Source: Rhynchobatus australiae
Lineage: Eukaryota
Direction of reading: 5' to 3'
Assembly: GCA_034780895.1 (NCBI GenBank)
Contig: JAUZTB010000033.1
Span: 23,601,817 to 23,665,816, forward strand
Length of the DNA stretch: 64,000 nt
Under the pieces are notes generated by a model, which did no database searches, was not told the DNA's origin, and saw nothing but the letters and a program-made list of their open reading frames with translations. Numbering within the stretch: the stretch's first letter is position 1; each line of letters begins with the position of its first letter. The translations under genes and the position numbers were made by a program. Shown piece after piece: positions 55,397 to 64,000 of the stretch.

Positions 55397-56115
55397 TTCA
55401 TCAAAGCAGTGCTTTTGCCAAAGAGACAGAATGCTGCCATGCTAATACTGCCCCTGGATGCTTTTACAATTAAAGCATAGCTTTGATGAAGCGTTCTACC
55501 CTGGGATGATGAGACTATTATTACACAACCCAAAGAAACAAAAGTTGGGACTTTATTATGATATCAGGTGATACCCTTAAGGAAATGTTAATAATTCTAC
55601 TTATCTGGCTAAAAACTATGTGTTCTTTTGAAAAATGCTACAATTTACAGCTGCTAATTGAGAGATTGCTAACAGTAACAATCATAAAACGATGACCAGA
55701 TTTTTATTAAGCTTCAATAGTGCAATGATTATGTTATAAAGAAATATTCCAGCCACAACAGCATGTGTTTGTTGTATTAATGAGAATGTCAATTTTAGTT
55801 ACTCTGCTGTTAAGATTATCATACACATTCCAAACGATGCAGACTGAGCAGCAAAGAAGAAAAAGGATTTTTGCACTTCCCAGTGCCATATGATTTTTGG
55901 ATGGAATTTGTAAAAAATCTGTGGTATTTACAGTGCTGTGGCAGATTAACAGTATATAGTGGTACTATAATATAGTGAATGATACAGATCCTTTGGTGGT
56001 GTTCCTTTTGAAGAGAGTTGGTTATCTTCACTTTAGCTCAATTGTCCAGGTATATGTTAAGTTTAGCAGCTTTTCCATGGAGGGATAAAAATGGGGATTC
56101 AAAGACATTAGCAAT

Positions 56116-56755
56116 TTGGATAAGAATGTGGGTGGCAAGGTTAGTAAATCTGTGGATGGTGGAAAAGTGGACAGTGAAGAAAATTATCTAAGATTACAAG
56201 ATCTTGATAACTGGGCCAGTCAGCTGAGGAATGGCAGACATAATTCAGATAAATGTGAGGTGTCGCACTTTGGTAAGTCAAACCATGGCAGGACTTGCAT
56301 TGTAAATGGTAGGGTCCTGGGGAGCTTTGCAGAACAGAGAGACCAAGGGTTGCAAGTACATAGTTCCTTGAAAGTGGCGACACAGGTAGGTGAAGGCAGC
56401 ACTTGGCACGCTTGCCTTCATCGGTCAGAATATTCAGTACTGGGGGTGGNNNNNNNNNNNNNNNNACAAGGTCAATAGCCAAAGTCTTTTACCCAAAGTG
56501 AGAGGGGAAAAATTTGAAAAGGACCTGAGGGGCAACTTTTTCCACACAGTGGGTGGTGAGTATATGGAACAAGCTGCCAGAAGAAGTGGTAGAGGTGGGT
56601 ACAATTATGACATTTGGACAATTACGTGAATAGGAAAGGTTTAGAGGGACACGGGCCAAATGCAGGTAAACGGGACCAGCTCAGTTAGGCAACTTGGTCA
56701 GCGTGAACGAGTTGAGCAGAAGGGCCTGTTTCTGTGCTGTATAGCTCTATGACTT
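56116..56755 (+). mobile_element. CR1 LINE 3' fragment
   Basis: SDKCEVSHFGKSN..., DLRGNFF; same family as 975-2760. Confidence 0.88.
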
Positions 56756-57880
56756 AATTCAATGGTGATGCTCCTTATGCAATTCCTGGTATGCAGATGT
56801 TTTAAAGGCGACAACACAATGCAGTTAAAAAAAATAAGTGGAATTCTGGGTTTTATAGACAGCATATGGAAGTATTTTCCACAGACAGCATTTGGGATTG
56901 AGTACAGGTGAGGGAATAACTTAAGAAAAAGTCTAAATGCGTCAAGATGTTGATTTCAATCCAACCACCTCTGGAATTTAAAGTAAAAGCAGCCCAATCG
57001 CTTTGAGCAGATGGGGTGGCATTGTAAAAACACCATGGAGGCCTTCAATCTCCATTTTAACTGACACCCTTTATAGCTGATGCCCTGGGAAAGCCTTCCG
57101 CTGTGGGAAGAACACCAGAGTATCAAAAGTCCTCCCTCACTCACCTAAGACCCATGATCCCACCAGCCCATAGTCCTGCTCTAGAATACTCCCCATCTGA
57201 TTGGGAACCAATCTGGTCAAAAGAAGGGTGTTGCAGATTTGAAACTGCACAGCTTGCAGGTAAACAACATTTCCTGTCCCAAATACTGCCCCTGCACTTC
57301 CTGCCCACCCCCAAAAAAACAGCTAATGAAACCCTCTTTTGCTATTTCCAGGCCACTGAGAATAAACAATACCAAAGAAATGTAAAGTTTTGCTCTTTGC
57401 CCTGCCAGAATACTGTGTCCAATTGTGGGTACTATATTTATGGAGTGAAGACATTTGAAGGGGTACCAAAGGGATTTACTAAAATGTTCACATACAAAGG
57501 ATTGCTGTTACTTGCATAGACTAGAAGTGAATGAAAATCAAAAAAATTTGCAGATGCTTAAAATGCTCAGCAGGTCAGGCAACATCTCTGGAAAGAGGAA
57601 CAGATGTAATCATTTTGGCTCAGTTTTTCTCTTTCTACTAGTTTTAATGTGGTCTTCTGGCCACGTCCCACAGTCCTGCTATGACTTTGTCAGAAATGTC
57701 AGACCTGATGTGTTAACTCTCGCTCCCTATGGATATTGCCTAAGCTGTTCAGCATTTACTGTTTAATAATTATAACAGAGGAGAGGGCTAATAGCGCTGC
57801 AGGAAGTTAAGATTTTGGACTGCTACCCTATTGAGACTGTATTGCGTACCAACCAATTCTTGAAAAGATGTAATAATTGA

Positions 57881-58165
<285 letters not shown>

Positions 58166-58459
58166 TAAAGCAAAAAATCAATGTCCTTACTTCCGCACCT
58201 CCCCTGAAAACACTGACCTTATTGGGTATGGTTAAACAAGTATTGATAACATTCCATTGCCCAATGATATTTGCCCAAGTACCAAATGATTGGCAGACTT
58301 TGTTGAAGGTCTCCCAACTGCACTTAATGCTGTCTACAATCAACAACCACACAAACCGTAATTCCAATGTAGCATGGTAGGGAGTAAGGTGCTAAAATCA
58401 GACAACGTGACTAAACTTACTTGAAAATACTGATCTAAACAAGGAAGCATACTTCAAAT

Positions 58460-59540
58460 ATTAATAGAACAGTACAGCAAAGGAACAGATCCTTCAACGC
58501 AACATGTTGTGCTGAACTAATTTAGCTAATGACACCTAATGCCTTCTATCTACACAGAAGACATTAGGTGTCATTAACTAACCTAATGCCTTCTGCCTAC
58601 ACTAATTTAAACAAGTATCCCTCCCTCTATTCTCTGCACATTCCTGTGCCTATCTAAGAGCCTCTTAAATGCCTCTATCATGTTTGCCTCCACCACCACC
58701 TCTGGCAGCACATTTCAAGCACCCACTACTTGCTGTGCAAACAAAATCTCCCGCACATCTCTTTTTAACTTTTCCCCCCTCACTTTAAATGAATGCCCTC
58801 TAGTATTAGACATTTTGACCCTAGGAAAAAGACACTGGCTGTTTACCTATTGCCTCTCATAATTTTATAAACTTCTATCAGGTCTTGCCGCATCAGAGAA
58901 AACAACCTTAAGTTTGTCCATCCTCTCCTTGTAGCCAATGTCCTCTAATCCAGGCAGCATCCTGGTAAACCTCTTCTGCACCTTTTCCATAGCCTCCACA
59001 TCTTTCCTATCATGGGGCGACCAGAATCAAATGCAATACTTCAGATGTGACCTAACCAGAGTTTTATACAATTGCAATTTCCTGACTCTTGAACTCAGTG
59101 CCTTAACTAATAAAGGCAAGCATGCCATACACCTTCTTTATCACTCTGTCGACTTATGCAGCCACTTTCAGGGAGTCATAGATCTGGATCCCAAGACCCT
59201 CACACTGTTAAGGGTCCTGCCCATTAACTCTGTACTTTCCCTTTACATTTGATCTCCCAAAGTGCAACATCTCAGACTTGCGTGGATTAAACTCCATCTG
59301 CCATTTCTCCAGCCATATATTGCAACTAATCTATATCCCACTATATTCTTTGGCAATCTTCTACACCATGCACAGCACCACCAATCTTTGTGTCATCTGC
59401 AAACTTACTTACCCACCCATCCACATTTTCATCCAAGTCACATATACCCCTGTGAAATACCACCAGTAACAGACCTCCAGCCAGAATAAGACCTTCTGTA
59501 TTCTAATGGGCAAGCCAATCCTGAATCCAAATGGCCATAT
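58460..59540 (-). mobile_element. CR1 LINE fragment
   Basis: Reverse complement of CR1 ORF2 end and 3' UTR (cagcatcctggtaaacctcttctgcacc; attaaactccatctgcca). Confidence 0.88.
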
Positions 59541-59559
59541 ATCAACCATCCTCCTTAAG

Positions 59560-60890
59560 CAGGAACAGAAGGACACCTTAGCCCCTTAAGCATGTCCTCC
59601 ATTCAATCCGATCATGGCTGACTGAACGTTCATTATGTCCATTCTCCTGTCGTTGCCCCATAACCCTGGATTCTCTTACTGATGAGAAATCTCTTTGTCA
59701 TCCTTAAATATACACAGTACTCTGCCACTAGAGCACTCTTCGGCAAGGAAGACCCTCATCTCAGTCTTAAATGGGTGTCTCATTATTCCAAGACCCCACC
59801 TCTGGTTCTGAACTCTGCAGTACTTAGCCTGACTGGTTCCCCATGACTCTCAATAAGATCACTCCTCAACTTCACTGAGTAGAGTCCCAACCTGTTTTAA
59901 CCTTTCCCTATAGGACAATCCCTCCATGCGTAGGATAGATCTAGTGAGCTTTCTCTGAACTATCTTCAATGAAATAATATCTTATCTTAAATAGGGGGAA
60001 CGAAATGGTTCATAGTCCTCTTGATGTGGTCTTACTATTGCCTTGTACAGATGCAGGAAAACTTCTGTACCTTTATAAACCAACTCCTTTGAAATAACAT
60101 TCCATTGCCATCTCTAAAAATCAGCACACAAGTGCAGCAAGTAATAATCTTTCATGCACAAGAACCTCCAAATCCCCTTGTGCTGCAACTTTCTGCTCTT
60201 CCTTCCAAAATAAAATCCACATTTTCCCCACATTCTATTCCATTTGCCAACTTTTGTCCACTTGCCTCTTTGTAAATTCCTTGCAACTTGTCTTCTCACC
60301 TATTAATGTCTGCAAATCTGGCTTTCACACAATTGTTTCTTTCCTCAATGTCATTAATAGATATCGTAAACAATTGCCATTGCAGCACTGATCGTGATAC
60401 CACACTGGTCATAGTTGCTGACCTGAAAATGACACCCCTCCTCATTGCTTCCTGCCCATTAGCCAGTCCTCCCTATATACAAGTATGTTACCAACAACAT
60501 CATGGGCTCTTAGCTTGTGACTTAACATTTTCTGAGGCACTTTGTTGAACAGTTTCTAGAAGACCAAATACATCCACTGGTTCTCCTTTATCCACTTTGG
60601 AAGAGACTTCCTCAAAATGCTAAAAATTTGCCTGGTACCAGTTTTTCTTCCTGTTAACTCTGCTTGATTAGATTACAATTTTCCAACTGATGATTAATTG
60701 ATTCAATTATTTTTCCAACAATAGACCTCAGGCTAATTAACTTACAACCTTCCTTTTTAAATAAGGGTGTCATATTCTGTGGCCCTTCTCCAGAATCTGA
60801 GGACTTTTGGAAGATCATTCTAATACATCCAATATCTTGGTAGACAATTTTTTTAGGATTCTAGGAAGCAAGCCTTCTAGGCCATGGGAC
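59560..60890 (-). mobile_element. older CR1 LINE fragment of another subfamily
   Basis: Starts with inverted tail aggaacagaagg...ccattcaatccgatcatggctga; decayed RT further on. Confidence 0.7.
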
Positions 60891-61581
60891 TTGGGCTTTA
60901 TAATTTTAATTCTGCAGTGATGGGCAGCTTGGATTCTCTAAACCTTGCTTTTGAGCTCTTTCTTAATCTAAGATAAAAACTATTATTTTCCCAAATCATC
61001 AACCCATTCTGTGATGCTGCTTATTTGGCATTAATTACTATTTTTATGTGGTACTGATAATTAAAGAGACCTGCATTCAGAATCTTGACAGTAATCAGCA
61101 GGGGAGAGTACATTTATCAATTTAGAACTGTGCCATCTAGTTTATCTCCCTGTCAGTATTGTGTTGAAATGATTGATAGAATGGCAATTCAGAGAACAGT
61201 TTAGTTCGCCATACTACTGGCAATATTCAAAGTGGAACATGGGTCACCTAGACAATTTTTATTCTTCAACTAACAATGATCAGGAATTATCAATACATGC
61301 TGGCCTTGCCAACAATGCCCAGATCCTGCAAATAATTATTAAAAAAAAGATAATCTGGCTGTCATCTGATGCGTCTGGGGTTTATGCATTGCACAATTTT
61401 ACAAACCAGATTTCTCAACATTTTGATAGGAACTATAGTTTAATATGTAATTAAATACCTGCAAGGTGTTTTCAGGATGCCCTAAACAATTCAGGTTTGT
61501 CAGTCTAAGCTTGCTTGCCGGTGCAAAATTAGAAATGCTTCCTTACCTCTTTTTTTTAAATGTTTACTTTGGTTTCCTCAG

Positions 61582-61779
61582 ATACACAATGCGTACGAGC
61601 TACTTTCTTACACTGAGAGCTATTTCCTGAAAAACTTCGGTGCACTTCTTGATCAAGAGTCTTTCAGGCAGCTGATTTATGGACGCAACAGCAAATTGCA
61701 GGGCTTGGACCCCCTACAGGCCCTGGATACAGCATTAGCCAATAGAATGCGGTCCATCTACATCACATCAAGGGTATAA
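61582..61779 (+). CDS. ABTB2: ABTB2 terminal coding exon 17 (198 nt incl. stop)
   Basis: ttcctcag|, IHNAYELLSYTESYFLKNFGALLDQESFRQLIYGRNSKLQGLDPLQALDTALANRMRSIYITSRV, TAA at 61777-61779. Confidence 0.96.
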   Translation: MHNAYELLSYTESYFLKNFGALLDQESFRQLIYGRNSKLQGLDPLQALDTALANRMRSIYITSRV

Positions 61780-63307
61780 GGAAAAAAACTGGCCATCAAT
61801 AACTGGAAAAGTATAATGTACATTACAAGATACTTCACGTGGGCTATCCCTTTCCAGTGATTTTCTTACCCCAGCCTTGTGACATTTGGTTCTTTGGTGA
61901 TGTGAAGAACTACCACAAGAGGTAAATTTGATTTCCCTGAGTAAACTCTGATTTAGTGATAATTACCCAAAACCAAATCAAGGAATGTGTTGGTAATCTA
62001 ATTTTTTTATTCATTCTTTACCTCTCCCCCCCTCAAAATCTCCAATAGCTGCACTGAAGAAATGGTGAGGGGATATTTGAGCAACAGTTCATTTGGCTAA
62101 AATAAAATGGGACAGATATGCCAATCTGACTGAGATATTATTCTATACACATGCCTTACCTTGGAGTCAAATATGGATAAAGCAAGATAGAATCAGAAAG
62201 AAATCTCAAACTTTGCAAAGATTACAAGCCCAATGCACTCTGTGCACAGAACTACAGGCATTTTATTTGTGGGTTATAAGTAAAAGATTGTAGGCAATGT
62301 CATTTCTATTAGTTTGGGTAACTAATCTTTAGTTTGCATAATATATGTATGTGCTGGTCATAGACTAGTAATGGAGAGACCATAAATGACATTTCCTGAT
62401 GGGAGTGGAAAATTTCACTACGATGATTAAAATTAATCTGGGTACATTTCTTGGAATACATTGTTAATACTTGCCACTTTACCATTATAAGATTAACAAT
62501 ATTAATAAACAGATTAATGGCTTTGTTATAATAGCACATAAGAATGTTATGCAAAGGTATTAATCAGTTTGTTAGGAATCTCAATTTCTAACTGTATTCC
62601 AGCCTAGTTCATGCATGATATTTTCCTGAAATAATACATTAAAGGGGGTTGTCTTTAAAATCTATAGATTTTGTTAGTAGACATTAAGATCTACTGACCT
62701 GTAAAGCCCATTAAAAAGGTCATTAGAGTCCATGATGGACTAATAAAAATCAATGATAATAACAACATGTACAGATTAGCAAAAGCACATTAGTTTTGCA
62801 CTAGTTTAAAATAAGACGGCTTAGCCAGTGCAGTCTCCCGTCTAAATACAAGTAACAAATGCTTTGAAGAACATTGAGAATAAGGTAGAAATGAAATATA
62901 CACACTTTGCAAGTTATAATCAGTTCTTGAAGTAAAGCTTTCAAAGTCAGTATAAAGGTGCATATAAATAAAACTGAGTGTTTTATTAAAAAAAAGCAGA
63001 TTTAAAATAGTTGCTATGCAGCCATGGAATGCACTGTTAAATATTAGCTTCTAGTATACTGAAAGCCCATTTTCAGGATTTTACCTATGTAGGCTGTGCG
63101 ATAACTAAAACAAAACATGTTTTGTAAATACCAGAATAAAAGATACTTTCTAAATTGTACTGATGGATTACCATCACCTTAGTGTTAAATTCAAAGGCAG
63201 CTTCAAACATCTGGGCACAATAAAAGGCACAATGTGACATTAAATATTCCAAAAGCAAAATACTGCAATTCAAGAAGGTGCTACATGCAGTTCAATCACA
63301 GAATAAA
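61780..63307 (+). promoter_or_regulatory. probable ABTB2 3' UTR with candidate poly(A) signals
   Basis: AT-rich, repeat-poor; AATAAA at 62101, 62741, 62967, 63135 and 63302. The site actually used cannot be told from DNA. Confidence 0.5.
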
Positions 63308-64000
63308 TAACTGAAACAAATTTTCGCATGAATTATGTTCTTTACTATCTTCGTTAATATATTGGCTTTAAAGTACTTCACATGACTGACACAGTGTTAT
63401 AACAAGAGACGGAACTAAAAGCTTGTTCATAACATTACTTCAGAACTGTCCTTGAAGCAAAGAAAGGTGGAAAGTTCTAAGATTTCAGAACTTGGAATTA
63501 CAAAGCAGTCAGTCAGAAGCAGAACAAATAGAGTTGTGCTGAGTTTAGCAGGGAAGGAAGTCAAAGTGGATTGCAGAGATGGCAGTNNNNNNNNNNNNNN
63601 NNNNNNNNNNNNNNNNNNNNNNNNNNNNNNNNNNNNNNNNNNNNNNNNNNNNNNNNNNNNNNNNNNNNNNNNNNNNNNNNNNNNNNNNNNNNNNNNNNNN
63701 NNNNNNNNNNNNNNNNNNNNNNNNNNNNNNNNNNNNNNNNNNNNNNNNNNNNNNNNNNNNNNNNNNNNNNNNNNNNNNNCAAGGCGGGCACACTGGTGTT
63801 TTTGTACTGTTGACAAAATCTTTAAAATAAAAACTGGAGAAACAATTTTGCCTTGTTGATATTTTTATGAATAAGTTATAATTTATGCTTTAGTCTTTAT
63901 TGCCCAATAGATCAATTTAAGGTTTCTCAAGAGGTCTATTTACTATAACTGAACACACCTAAAAATGGTCAAATCTGAACTCTCACTCAAAAGTGCCATT

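Noticed and set aside
61780-64000. 3' end of a convergent neighbour (NAT10 lies tail-to-tail with ABTB2 in human)
   Set aside because: No NAT10-like coding sequence visible in the window.

Overview
Vertebrate nuclear DNA with nine N-gaps; the repeat content (CR1 LINEs, HE1-type tRNA SINEs, Penelope-type termini) suggests a shark or ray. The + strand carries exons 2-17 of ABTB2 (ankyrin repeats + BTB): 16 GT-AG exons from 19781 to the TAA at 61779, phase-compatible, 2186 coding nt; exon 1 lies upstream of the window. Introns hold decayed CR1, L2, RTE, Penelope-like and SINE fragments. Main unexpected signal: a series of minus-strand exon-like segments from about 3.0 kb to at least 35 kb, with polypyrimidine-AG acceptors, GT donors, largely single frames with few stops and partly chaining splice phases. 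These look like a decayed multi-exon gene of unknown identity, antisense to and interleaved with ABTB2. Also a 97-bp-stem inverted repeat at 15492-15700. All translations were done by eye; no searches were run.
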